The position numbers and the translations under genes are program-made. This document shows, piece after piece, positions 1 to 12,488 of a stretch of DNA of 64,000 bases. This DNA is from Thalia democratica. Taxonomy: Eukaryota. Where the stretch lies: assembly GCA_965202585.1 (NCBI GenBank), contig OZ241828.1, positions 37,448,001 through 37,512,000 on the forward strand, read 5' to 3'. The notes beneath the pieces were generated by a model. The model had not been told where the DNA came from. It ran no database searches and saw only the letters and a list, made by a program, of their open reading frames with translations. Numbering within the stretch: position 1 is the stretch's first letter; the number at the start of each line of letters is the position of its first letter.

Positions 1-915
1 TTATTTACAGTGTAAAGCACTTTCTTAAATCTCAAATACTAGCTTAAAGTTAGCTAGAATAAAAAACCTTATATTTTGTATAATTTAAACTATAAAATTT
101 GAAAATATGTTTAACAAATTCTGCTAACTAAATTGTTAGCTTATAGTAAACTAATTTAATTGCAAATGTTACGGCAGTTTTAAATAAACTTTTTTAATGT
201 ATAAGTTTAGATATTAATAAAATATTTAACTTTGTTTTCAAACTTTTTTATTTTAAAATAACTAAATGATAACTAAAAGTTTAAAATTCTTGTTACTTTA
301 GTAAGTTTTAAAGAACGTCGACTCTAGGCACTTCGTTCATAGTAGCGCAAACATTTTTTAAAGGTAAAAAGGTACAAATTGCTGTAGACAATATTTAATA
401 AACAAAAAATATATTTCTAATAAACTTAGTTATATGAAATATAAACCTACTCTTATTTTATTTTTTATTAACTTTAGTTTTTATAATCGTACATTAATGA
501 TTAAATTTTAGGGTTTTTTGTAGTATTAAAAATTTTTGTCGTTATTTATTTTTTTAGTATAATTATTTTTGTAATATAAAATACATTAAATACACCTTTA
601 TTCATAGCTAAACTGTTTTACACGATTTGAATTTAGTATGCTTTTATAGTTGATAAAACACAGTTGAAAAGATGATAGCTACATTGTTTTTATGACTGCA
701 ATGTTTATAACTATTTAGTTATCAGAAAGTTATTGTTAACAAGTTATAAAATAAAAACACGGCTGTGTCACAAAGGTTCAATTCAGACAACAACATTTTC
801 ACAAACTGTATTTCACACGAACGTTTACATAAAACTTTAATACAGCTTTTAATCATGTGATAAAAAAAGTATAAAAGCAAGACGTTGAGTGCTTGGTTAG
901 TTAGTTCATATTTTA

Positions 916-1291
916 ATGACAACAAATATAATGGTGAACAAACTCTGCTTCGTTTTAATCAGTTTGGTTTTTCTGGTCACGGTCAAAAGTCAAACTTGCC
1001 AAATTAGTTTGAAATGTGACAACAATGGCACTTACACTTCACAAAATCTGGCACTGACTAAAAGTTTATTCGAAGATAACTCAAAAAGCGAAATAGACCA
1101 ACTAACTGCGGGAGAGATCAGTGAAATTAGAAGGAGATTGAAAGTGAACAAGAATAATATCGCCGGCAACAAAAATGTCATTGATCAGTTGCGGAGTTTC
1201 GACAAAATAAGTTTAAGAATTGCAAAGTCGCGGTTCGAGAAGCAGTCGCTGATAAATGGCATTATCGATGATAAGATACGAAAGCTTTATA
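916..1291 (+). CDS. Exon 1 of a secreted protein gene (signal peptide, Cys-x5-Cys motif, coiled-coil-like stalk); downstream exons are disrupted
   Basis: ORF 916-1296 begins with a hydrophobic signal-like stretch (MVNKLCFVLISLVFLVTVKS), followed by QTCQISLKCD and a charged helical region. A phase-1 donor GTTAGT at 1292 matches the phase-1 acceptor at 1737. Confidence 0.55.
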
Positions 1292-1737
1292 GTTAGTATT
1301 GATGTTATATAGTAAAATGTTTATTTTTCATTCTATTTTTTTTTACAAAATTAATAAAAGATCAATTTCTGTTGAATGTTAAACTTTAAATTTTTTTTAT
1401 ATATGTTTAATTTGAAAAATGTTTTTTAGTAATTTCCCAGAAATATATGAAAATTTATAATAACGTTTAATGTAAATATAATTTAGTTTGATATTATTAC
1501 TATTTAATATAATGCAACATTTTATTTTATGTTTAGTATAAGTATTTTATTGTAAAGTTTAATAAACAGATTTAATTTCACAGAGATTTTATTAGAATCT
1601 TAAACTACTTATTCGTTATAAATAGACTCCCGTGAAGTACATAATTGTTTGAAAACATATTTGTTTACACTGATCTTTTTATAGTCTACATTTTAAATAG
1701 GTTTAAAAGGCAGCATAATAAAAAAAATGTTTAACAG

Positions 1738-1906
1738 GTTGTCAAGTAGACGGTATACCAAGCTCCCCGCACCCAGATCCAGTTTTCGTAGCGGATAAAA
1801 CAACTTTCACATTAAGTTGCAATATGTACTATCTTCCCAGTGGAAACACCACAAGACACTGTATAAAAGAAAATATTTATCCTAATTTCATCACTTACTT
1901 GTGAAA
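1738..1906 (+). pseudogene. Sushi/CCP-domain exon with a 1-nt frame disruption
   Basis: Acceptor TTTAACAG (1737) and donor GTAAGT (1907). Translation CQVDGIPSSPHPDPVFVADKTTFTLSCNMYYLPSGNTTRHC...YPN, then SSLTCE in another frame, gives the 4-Cys CCP pattern. The exon is 169 nt, whereas a phase 1-1 exon needs a multiple of 3. Confidence 0.5.
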
Positions 1907-2251
1907 GTAAGTTGGTATAACTTGTATAGACTTACGAAGTTTATGAACAAAAACAATTTTTTTTTTGTTTAAAGTTTAAAGAAATTGAAAAACATAAGCT
2001 TATAAAATACTTTAAGCTCGCTCTAAAACCAAATTATCTGTTTGAAACTTAGCTTAGTTTTAGCAAATAATTTAATCTATAAACTAACCTAACACTTATT
2101 TAGAATAATCATTTAAAAAAAGTATAGTAGGTTTCAAATTTTAAGCTTGTAAGATGCTTCAAACTTTATTTGTATAAACATGTTTTAAATCAACATCTTA
2201 AAAAAGTGAAAGGTAAAGCTGACAACTCAAGTACTGTAATGTTTTCTTTAG

Positions 2252-2411
2252 TGTGTAATAAGCATTATAACCATCATAACTAATAATGGTAACTTTACGT
2301 AAAACAAAAAGGAGCTTAGCTGACTTGGGACGACTCAAAAGCTCATTGTGAAAGTTTTGGAAAAGTTTTAATGGAGGGGCCTAGCGGTTATGAAACTAAA
2401 GAAGAACGCGG
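2252..2411 (+). pseudogene. Degenerate C-type lectin domain exon (N-terminal half)
   Basis: Acceptor TTTTCTTTAG (2251) and donor GTAAAC (2412). Fragments NGNF, LTWDDSKAHCESFGK and LMEGPSGYETKEER fall in different frames with stops, resembling the CTLD motif TW.DA...C...G..L. Confidence 0.45.
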
Positions 2412-3203
2412 GTAAACAGTTTGATAAACAACTAAAACATTTTATTTAAAGTTTTTAAGTTGTACATAAGACACTTTATATACATATATATACGTATATA
2501 TATCAAAGTCTCTTATATTGCATGTTTATTTGCAAACGTGAAATAATGATAAGCAGTTATTAAAATTTGTAATCTTAATTAACTTTACTTTTTTTTAATT
2601 GAAAACTATCTAAGACATTTTTACACGTTTTGATACTAAACTACGGTTTTTTTAATTAAAGCAAATAACTAAAAATAAAACAATGTATTCATCTACTATA
2701 ACATTTAAACGTTTAAAGTAATATTTTTTCAAGTATCAGTTAGTAAGGAAATCTATAACTATTAACATTAAAAATTTATTGACTTTGGCTTTCTATTAAT
2801 TTTATTTTTTTATACTTTGCTTAATTGAAAATGCTACTAGGGTAAAAAAAATTTCTTAGTTTTGATTGCACAATCTTTAATTTTTATAGATATCATTTAC
2901 ATTCAGTTGATATTTTTGATCACCTGGTAGATTTAAAACTCGTTTAGAAGTCTCTAACTTTTTACATTTTCTAAGCTAACAATAGTTGACAAAAATTATG
3001 TTTAATTCTGTGTTTTAAAATATTATAAGAGTTGACTGATGTTTTTAAAATGTTTTTTAGCACGCTTGCAAACATTTTGGACAAAGACTATTGAAACTTT
3101 TAACATTTTCCTATGTTTTATGTTTATCTATATATATTAGTTTTTGTTTAAAAACTGAATTTTTAATTTGAAAAGTTTTAAATTTATATTTATTTTATAC
3201 CAG

Positions 3204-3385
3204 TAACTTAAAAATGAACATCTTTCACACAGGAAATTTTGTAAGGAACTGGGATTTGACGGGTCAATATGGGAAAAGAATGTCGAAGGAAAGTTCTACG
3301 ACAAGACAAGAACGGAGAGAGTGAAAGAAACAACTTTCCAAGATACGGACATCAAAAAGAACACTTCTTCTGCAGGGACCCTTAA
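3204..3385 (+). pseudogene. Degenerate C-type lectin domain exon (C-terminal half)
   Basis: Acceptor TTTTATACCAG (3203). Fragments RKFCKELGFDGSIW..NVEGKF and KEHFFCRDP* lie in different frames, resembling the CTLD W.G/EG.F and terminal F.C motifs. Weak. Confidence 0.35.
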
Positions 3386-5700
3386 GTATGCAAAGAATCG
3401 GGTAAAACCCATTACAAAAAACTACAAATCTGTTTCTTATGCAGGAACCATTAATGGTGCTGTTTAAAAATTCTGCATTTATATTTCTAACTGAGATTTT
3501 GTACTTTTTTATTATTATTTTGTCTTGAGCGACTTATCATAATATACATGCGCTTATTTTTAAGTTGCTAAAGTTTATTAAAATTGTTAGTTATTTTTGT
3601 AATATCGTTGTTTTACTCATACTTATGTTTATTAACTTCTAAAAAAAAGTGTAGCTATTATGTGATGTTTGATAAGAAACTGTTTCTTTGCAGTAAAAAT
3701 AAACCGGTTATCTAGTACATATTGTGTTTAGAAAGCTTAATATATTATCAGTTGTTTTTACTTTATCTATATAAGCCTTACAATTTCTTTCATGGTAACA
3801 TCATAAAAAAAGCTTTTGAAATGTTATAAGTATGTATTTTAAAACACTTTTACTTGAGTAAGTATTATATATTGAATAATTTTTGGTTTCATTAATTTTT
3901 AATCTAATAATTTTTCCCAATGATAAAAATAGTTTTGATCTTAGTTTACATATAATATATCGCTTTTACAAAAGCAATTTTTAAAAGTATTAAATTTATC
4001 ATAACTATAGACGTTTTTTATGTTATTTAAAAAAAATTTTCTGTACAAAACTTGTTTTTTATATTATGAAAAATGACTTCATATCAATTTCTTACTATTA
4101 AGTCAATTAGTGTACATAACAAAGTTTTCTGCTTTTATTTTGCGAGTTAAATAAGCAAAATAAAGTACTTCTTAATAAAAATAAACAAAAAAACAAAGCT
4201 AGTTTTAATAAAAGTTAATGATAATCACTTGAAACTCGGTGAGTAAATTTAATTAAAGTATAATAACTATTAAAATTAAAATTTTGTAGCTGAACTCTTG
4301 CGACTTAAAACTAATTCAATAAGTATTTTGATTATGTTTAAGTTAAATCATGAAATAAATCATATCATTTGATTAATGATTACAAACATTTTATACATAT
4401 TACAAAATACTAAACAAAAGTGCCATTTTTGACAAAACAATTAACTCAGGTGATTAGATAATAAAAAAATATTATATAAATTCGAATCATAAAATTATAT
4501 ATATTTATTTTAGGTTATCAGTAAAAAATCTCTTGAAGACACTGTCGAACGTAAAAATAAACTAAGAAAGAAAACTATAAATTTTATATTTAGAAAAAAA
4601 GCTACGGTAACTTACTATACTATTTTTAATGAGTCAAGTCAGATAAAATGAATAACTGAACAGCTAAAAGATAAAGTATAAACAAAAAATACAAGTTCTA
4701 GTACGTGACTATTCAAATAAGAATAAAAAACGAATGTATAATTAAAAAATACTTAGAACACGTTAGAAATATCAAAACTTTTTTATTGTAAACCTACTCT
4801 GTACCGACTAAGCAGAGTTGAGTTAATATTGCACAAACTCAAACGTCCCTGCAAAAATAAATATGACTTTAGCTGTTTGGTTGTGGGTAATACCCGATCT
4901 TGTGGTCTTTCAGCTTTTACACTTAGATTTGCGTGTCAACTTTCTAGCTAATATTAGGATTAGGACTCCTTTTTAAACCCATTAAGTCCTAGCTTTTGGC
5001 AAAAATTTTCCAAAATATTTTTTAAGATTTTTATTTTCAATAAACTAATTTAAATTTTCTTAGCCATGTAAAACTTCGAAGTCTTGTAGAAAGTATTAAT
5101 AACAAACTAAGTTGAATTTGTTAAAAATTGATATTATCAGTAATTCTATAAACTGAAAAAGTTATTTATAAAGTAATGCTTGTACAAACATGTTGTTTTT
5201 AGTTTATTGAAACTTTTTTATGTAATAAAAAAAATTAAGTTGGTTTTGCATAATCCCGTTTTATTTATTTTATAATAGCTTACTTTTTTTTATAGATTTT
5301 GTTAGTAAGAAAGTTTTAAGTTTAATGTTTTGTACTTAATTTTTAAAGTATAAAAGGTTTTGTCATACAGCAAAAATCTAAAAAATATTTTTTATAAGAA
5401 GTGAAAAATTATTGTTATCAAATAATAGTAAGCAGTTTTATTAATTAGAGTTTAAGTTTTTACTTGTTTTTAATCAACTGTGTTTTATGTACTGTTTAAT
5501 GAGTAAAACTAGAAAAGTATTTTTCTAAAAAATAGCTAAATATTGATGCTTGTGAAACAAGATATAAATAGTTATATTATGTTTATGTAATTTCTATGTT
5601 TACTATAAAAATTCCAAACTATTGCTTACGATAAAAACATGTTTAAAAAAAAATCTATATGACTGATCAGCGATCATAAAAAAAGTTAAAAGATATAAGT

Positions 5701-5792
5701 GGTTTATTGAAAAAAAACGAAAAATTGCTCAATTTTTTTTGGTTCAAGGACCTGGATACGCAAAAAGACCTCTCGGTCATCGAGTTGCATAC
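5701..5792 (+). repeat. Dispersed repeat family R1, diverged fragment
   Basis: GGTTTATTGAA...GCTCAA..TTTGGTTCAAGGACCTGG...TCGGTCATCGAGTTG aligns by eye to the copies at 63771-64000 and 42932-43012. Confidence 0.5.
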
Positions 5793-6420
5793 CCAACTTA
5801 ATCAAAACTATAATGAGCTACAAATGAAAAAAAAATGAAAAAAACTTTTCAGTCAAGTTTAAACTCTATCAATAATATAATTTAAACTTTTTTTTGAATG
5901 AACCTTGTATATTTTTTAATAGTGAATACTTGCATTCAAAAAATGTTATGCTACAATGTTGTGAAAAGAAGAAATAGCCATAGAAAGTTTACCTGTTGAT
6001 AAGACAGTAGTTTATAACTTTAGAAAAACTAGAATCAACTAAAAAAAGTAATAAACAAAGCTAAAGAATTTAAATTACTAAGTAAGAAAAAAAATATTGA
6101 AAGCAGTACAGAACAAATTTTTAAAACTGTGCTAAAAATTAGAAAGTAAAAAGTTTTTTTTTACTTAAACCATCAAGCATTAAGAAATAGTATTTTTAAC
6201 AAAGCTATATTTTTTTTATACCTGCTTCATAACATAATACTTAGTTTATTTTGTTTACAGATGTGAATTATTGCCATTAGTTCTTAAAGTGCTGTGTAGT
6301 ATAAAGATTACTATTTAAATGTAGTTGTTGGTTTTATTTTTGTTATTGCTTGATGTAACCCTTACCAACAGCACACAAACTTTATATTTAGTATTTGAAC
6401 CAAATTTATCTACTTCTAAG

Positions 6421-6686
6421 ATGTCAGAAAAACCATTCGGATCTTCTCTGAAATGTAAAGTGTTTATTCATGCTCCTGATATTGCAACTGGAACTTATGG
6501 GGAGCCTGGTCATTTTTTAAATGGTGAGGGGCTAAATATTGTCAATTCCCAGTATGACACAAGGTCCATGGATGACTTTTTCAAAAGTATCATACCGGAT
6601 TTGATGCGCGTGATGGCTCCTTTTCAAAATTCCCCTGAAAACGTTTCAAGGTGCCAGGAATTTTATGGAGACGAGAGTAATTTCAA
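6421..6686 (+). CDS. Uncharacterised gene, exon 1 (start at ATG 6421 assumed; the frame is open upstream to 6325)
   Basis: Part of ORF 6325-6690. A phase-2 donor GTAAGC at 6687 joins in frame to the next exon. Confidence 0.6.
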
Positions 6687-6935
6687 GTAAGCTTACTATT
6701 TAATTTTTTAAGTTCTTATTCTTTTAAACAGATACAATTTTGAAATACTTAAACAGTTCAGGAACTAAATTGTCCAATAGTAATACATTAATGTTTCTTA
6801 GTTGTGTATGATACTGCTTAAAGTTTCCTACATGGTGAAAGCACTTTAGTTTTTGTGTTTCATGAGCTAGTGAAAGTAGACATGTGTTGTTTTTTTACTT
6901 ATTTGCAATAAAACTTTATGAATCATGAATTTCAG

Positions 6936-7139
6936 GTTTTCTTACATCTTGCCCCCCTTCTACGGTCCAGGCAACAAAGGCGTTTCAGTGGTTGATTTCG
7001 TTAAACAATACCAAATAGAAAACCCACATGCTGAATTCCCAGAAATTGTTGTGAATATTTTCAGATGGAATGCTAGGCCTTGGGTTAATGAAGACTTCAG
7101 TTTTATCAAAGAAGAGTTTTTAACTTTTTTTATTAAAAA
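6936..7139 (+). CDS. Uncharacterised gene, exon 2
   Basis: Acceptor TTTCAG (6935) is phase 2 and continues as K-FSYILPPFYGP...PEIVVNIFRWNARPWVNE. Phase-2 donor GTAAAA at 7140. Confidence 0.65.
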
Positions 7140-7784
7140 GTAAAATGGTTTTTGTTAGTCGTTTCCGTCTAAGTTTTGATAATGGTTAAATAAGTTTGTT
7201 TTTTAACAAGTAGCTTGTTTAGTTTTTTTAAAAGTTTTTGTTCGCTAATTTGAAGTTATTGTACTCGTACGCTATGGGTTTTGTTTCTAATAAAAATATA
7301 TTTTAAACATTAGTTTATATTGTAAGTACAAAACAGTATATGCATCGTATAATTACAAAAACAAGTTTCTAAAACTTTTATTTAGGTTTTGTGCTTAACA
7401 GACTGTGAACAGTAGTGTATTGTAAATGTAAAGCCAGTTTTCCTTATTGTAAGAGCTTAATACAAAGAAAACACGGACAAGCTTATGTATGTTATGTTAT
7501 GTTTAGATACCTTGAGAAAATAGTCTATAGAAAATAGTTGTCGATAATATTTAAATAGCAAATAGTAACATAAAAGATGTAAAATTGTATAAATCTTTTA
7601 CGCCATTGTTTACTTTTGAACATTTTTAAATTTAATAGTGTAACTAACATATAAAGTTCAAAAGTTGTATGGTGTTAATAGTATATAATTGCATTCTTAT
7701 TGATAAGTATGTATTTTGTCATTAAAACTTTTTTTGTTAAGAAATTCTAAACGAAGTTAGTTTTAAACGAGGTTTTGTTTTTAG

Positions 7785-7878
7785 ACTTGTTCCGCGTATG
7801 TATTTTCTAAGTAGCACAAACAAGTACGAGTACTCCCTTTCTTACGACTATTCAGAAAAAGTAAAAACCCTAACCTGA
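7785..7878 (+). CDS. Uncharacterised gene, probable exon 3 (terminal)
   Basis: Acceptor TTTTGTTTTTAG (7784) is phase 2 and reads K-LVPRMYFLSSTNKYEYSLSYDYSEKVKTLT*. The three exons total 564 nt (187 aa plus stop). Confidence 0.5.
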
Positions 7879-9912
7879 CCATCAAAACATAAGTTCTGTA
7901 GAACGAGAACTACAACTTAATTTAACACAAAACAGCTTAATTCTTTAAAAGAATATAGTGTAAAGTACTTAAGAAATATATATAATGTTTCATGTTTTTT
8001 ATAGATAGTTGTAAAATTAGTTTTATTTATAACTCAAAAAAAACTTTTGTAGCAATTTTAATTTCATGATATAATTACAAATAAAAATTTTGTAAAGGAT
8101 ATATCTCTGCAACAATTTCTGTTTTGTATACGTTATAGTTATAAAATATCTCCATCTCTATAGCAAAATATCTCTATCTCTATAAAATATATGATACTCA
8201 GAACTTATAGGAAAATGTACCAATTAAATTGTAAGCAAGCTTTACTGCAAACTTCAAAAAATTTTTGCTGTAATGTGGTTATGGAACACAGGAGATTCGT
8301 TTTTGTACAAATTTACAGGAACGTTCGTCCCTGAAATTCTGTGTCTAATAGTGCAACTGCAGAATGCCTTCTTTTTACACATCTCTTTCGCCGGCTAGAG
8401 AATTTCCTTTTGTTTGAGCGTGACTGACTGTATACACTAGTTCGTAACTTAAAGTTTTGCTATAACTTGCCGAAATGGAATAAGGTCAGAGTCAAGAATT
8501 AGCTGAATGAGTCCAGAAATTTTATTTGTAAGTTAAAACTATTTTAGTTCAACCAAAAAACTAAATTATAGTGTAAACTTTTAAAGTTATGGATTAGGTT
8601 CTTACACTTTGCATTCAAGATAAGAGTTTAAAATTAAGGCTTAGAATTTGAAAAATAGTTATTCTTGAGAAGAGTAATCCGCATTTAAAACAAACGGGTT
8701 GTATAAAAACTAATACTTTAATCTATTTGCTTGATACATTCGTCGCTTTTGTTTTTCAAATCTTCAAGTTTCATGCAAAGCTGCCATAATCTACACAGCT
8801 TTTTTGTACTTAGGTTTGCATATAGTTTTATTGTCAAAATATTTTTGACATCCGTTAAATGTCGTCGATGAGCTAAACTAGTATTTCTAAACTGCTTACG
8901 AGCTATTACTATCAGCAAGAATACTATATAAAATTTTTATTTATTTAAGAGTTTGAAAATCATCCTTAAATAGTTTAAGACTCTCATTTCATATAAACAT
9001 TTTTCATTTTCTAAGCTTATATAATACTTGTTTGTTGTAAAATAAAACAAAAAAAACTACTAAATTAATCAAAAAAAGCAAACGACGTTGTTTATCTACG
9101 TTTTAGCATTTGCTATCTGGTTATATTTTAATATTATTCTTTAAGATTACTATTTTGAATTAAGTTCAGAATACTTAAAAACTTATTTATTGTTATGCTT
9201 ACATTTATTATCTTTTTTAGTATTCAAATGTAAAAAAAGTAGTTATAGATGTTTATACTTTAGCAGAAAATAAAGTATTCAAATTGTAAGCTAAGATAAA
9301 TGTTCCAAGCAAACTTAAGTTATTTTTTATTTTACATTATTTATTTTATTTTTTTTGAGGAAATTAAAGAAAAAAATCTTCTTTTTATGTTTTTAAATTT
9401 TGTCTGCTTTCTATTATTAAAGTTTTAGACTTGGAAAAGTATTGAAAAAAAAGAAAATAAAAAGAAGATTTTTAAATTGGAGGAAATTTATTGTTCTTAA
9501 TATCATTATTGTTAAAATGTTATAGTTTTTTATCTTTTTTTCTTATAAAAAGCATAAATGTTACACTATTTTTTATTTCATATTTTATAAAAGTTAAGTT
9601 CAGTTATTGTAAAAATCACTTCTTTAAAATTCTTCAAAAAGAAATTGCAATAGTTTATTTAACTAATCAAATTAAAAATTGTTTTTACTGTTCAATTTAA
9701 ATTATTAAATAAAATAAAAATTACCTTTTTAACAAAAATACTTTTAATTTTTTTTTTTCAGCCTATTACATTTTACTTTCTTTAAAGAAGTTGTAACCTA
9801 TAAATCAAGTATTCACACGTTTGTTATTAGTGTTGTTTATATACTTTTAAAAGTTAATTTAAAGTTGTATATATATTTTTTAGTTCATAAGTTACTATGC
9901 AAGATTCATGGT

Positions 9913-10158
9913 ACATTATTAAACACAAAATTCAGTTAATTTTCGTCTAGTTTTATTTTCTTTCATTTTTTATTTCGTTTAATTGATTGTTTACTACTAA
10001 AGATTTAAATATTATAATAGATATAAATAATAAAAAAACTATGATCGTAAGAAACTTTCTAAGCATGTGGTGTACGACTCGATAACTGAAAGGTTCCTTT
10101 GTACACCAGGTCCTTAGACCAAACTTTTTGAGCGCTTTTTTTATCGTTCAATAAACAA
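9913..10158 (-). repeat. Dispersed repeat family R1, long copy
   Basis: The reverse complement matches 63771-64000 over about 230 bp (e.g. GTTTGGTCTAAGGACCT.GTGTACAAAGGAACCTTTC.GTTATCGAGTCGTACACCACATGCTTA). Confidence 0.85.
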
Positions 10159-11469
10159 CATTTTAAAACTTGTAGATAAGTATTTTGAAAAGATTTTTTC
10201 ACAAATTTAGTAAGATTTAAAAACATAAATAAAACAAGTATTTTTTATGTGTCTAGAAAATTTAAACCTTTTTAAAAACTAGACGAGTTTAGATTTAAAA
10301 AAGTCAAAGTAAAGAGGTTTGAAACTACAAAAAAATTGTTGAGCATTAAGAAATTTTCGTCTATCATTGTTACTAAAAATATAGACAAGAAAAAAAAGCT
10401 TTTTAGATAACATTTTAATTTTAAAATTTAAATTTGTATAAGAAATAAAACCTACAATCATAAGTTTTACTTATAGTATCGAAGGACATAACATAATAAA
10501 CTATTTATAATATTAAAATATTTTTAACTAAATAAAAAAAACAGAAACCATGCTAAATAGCTAAAGGCTTTAAAAGCTTTTATATAGCTTAATATTAAGC
10601 ATATCTATTTTAGTAAGTTTGTTAGCTTTATATGCTATCTTTAATAATTTATAAAAATATAAACTAGAATAAACAAAATAAAACACTATTTAATCTTATT
10701 ATTAAACAATAAACCTACTATTTCTTCAACTGTTTATAAATAGTAAGACTAAGTTTCAAACTTTAATAAAGCTTTATATAATAAACAAGTATCTAATTGA
10801 CCAGAAAATAGTTCATTTGTTATTTTTTTAAACTAAAGTGTTTAAAACTTAAAAACTTTGAAAATGTTCTGTAAGTCTTTAGCGAGTGATAAAATAGAAC
10901 TTACTGGTTATAGTTAGGTTAAAATAGCATAAGTGACTTTTTCGTAGAAGTTTAAAATAATAAATGACTCTTTGCGTTGCTGATATTTCAATATTGAAAT
11001 ACACGGTTACTTTCCTACGAGTTATCTAGTAAAACTTTGGTCGTGAAATAGAGTTAAGAAGCTTGGAGTTAACCATTTATATACGAAATTGAGAACTATA
11101 CTTGCGTTAGAGGATTATAAATTATAGTTTAAAGGTAAATTCTTAATGACTAACTACTTATGGCTAATAGTTTAAGAAAAACATAAGTTAATTCACGGTC
11201 AAATACTCAGTGCAAAAAAAAACTACTCATAAAAAAGAGTACATGTTAGCACTCTATTTATAAATGACATTTAAAACAAAAATAATAGTTTGCTAAAATC
11301 TTCATGAAAAATTTTAACAAATTAAGAGTTTTTTATTTGATGAAAATCTTATTTTTTATTTTAAGAAATGTATATAAACTCCAAATATTAAATATTAAGT
11401 TCAAAGTTTAAAGTTTCGATTTAATAAATTTAGAACCACATTGCTAACTTTTTAAATTTGTCTTTAACT

Positions 11470-11731
11470 CAGAAATCTGCAAACTGCAGCCTTCAAAAAA
11501 TTTGCGATTGCTATGTGTTTTTTAGCTAAAAAAGGCTTTTTTATGATAATAAAAATTGATTTTTTAATGAAACAAATGATTTTTACTAATAATTTTATTA
11601 TTGCATGTTTTTACTAATTTCATTGCTTAGAATAGAAAATAATTACTGAAATAAGTATTACCAGTTGCGGCCCGCCTGCAGCTTATTCTTAGAAAGTTGG
11701 CCTGCAAATGATAACATTCTGCCGATCCCTG
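11470..11731. mobile_element. Old hAT (Charlie/Tip100-like) MITE
   Basis: Ends CAGAAATCTGCAAACTGCAGCC and CTGCCGATCCCTG resemble the CAGGGGTCGGCAA-type hAT TIR, with a subterminal GCGGCCCGC. The flanking 8-mers CTTTAACT and CTTTGACA match 6/8 (candidate TSD). Confidence 0.5.
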
Positions 11732-12211
11732 CTTTGACAGAAGTAGTTGTAAAGCATTTATAAAAGACTATTAAAAAAGAAAGAAAAGTAATTTCAAAAC
11801 TAAAAACTTACTTAATAAAAAGTAGAAACATTCTTTACAACAAAACATTCAATTTTTAGAAAATGGTTTAGAATTTATTTCGTTTGTCTTATTAACTAAC
11901 TAACCATGCATAAATTTACAATTTGATTTGTAAATGTAAAGCAATGAAAAAACTCAAATATACTTTTGATATTTTGTTGGAAAAATTAAGTGGTATTGTT
12001 TTAATGAATAATTTATTTATACAATCTTCAAAAAAAATGTTAAATACTAACAAAATGTGATCTTAACAAAACTAATGATGTTAGTTATTAAAATACTAAA
12101 TTATTAAAACAGATTTATGACGATGTAATAAGAATTTTAATAATTTTAGATGTAATAATTTGATGTAGTTTATTAATTTCTACTATTTTTAAAAATATAG
12201 GTACTGTAAAT

Positions 12212-12488
12212 CAGTGGTTCTCACAGTGTGTTTTGCATAGAAGTAAGTTTACTGTGCGTATAAATTTATTAGAGAGAAAAAATGTTTTATAAGTGACGTT
12301 TATTTTGTACTTTGATATCATAAAATGCTTATTCTTAAATAGATTATAAGTTTCTAACACGTAACTTATATGTTAAAACGATCAAAACATAAGAATAACA
12401 ACTTTATAAATTTTATAGTCTATCCTGCACAGAATTTATTTTCCAGTATTTTACTATGCACAGCATTTGAAAAAGTTAAGAACCACTA
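12212..12488. mobile_element. hAT (Charlie/MER5-type TIR) MITE
   Basis: Imperfect TIRs CAGTGGTTCTCA and TTAAGAACCACTA. The flanking 8-mers CTGTAAAT and TTGTAATT match 6/8 (candidate TSD). Confidence 0.6.
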
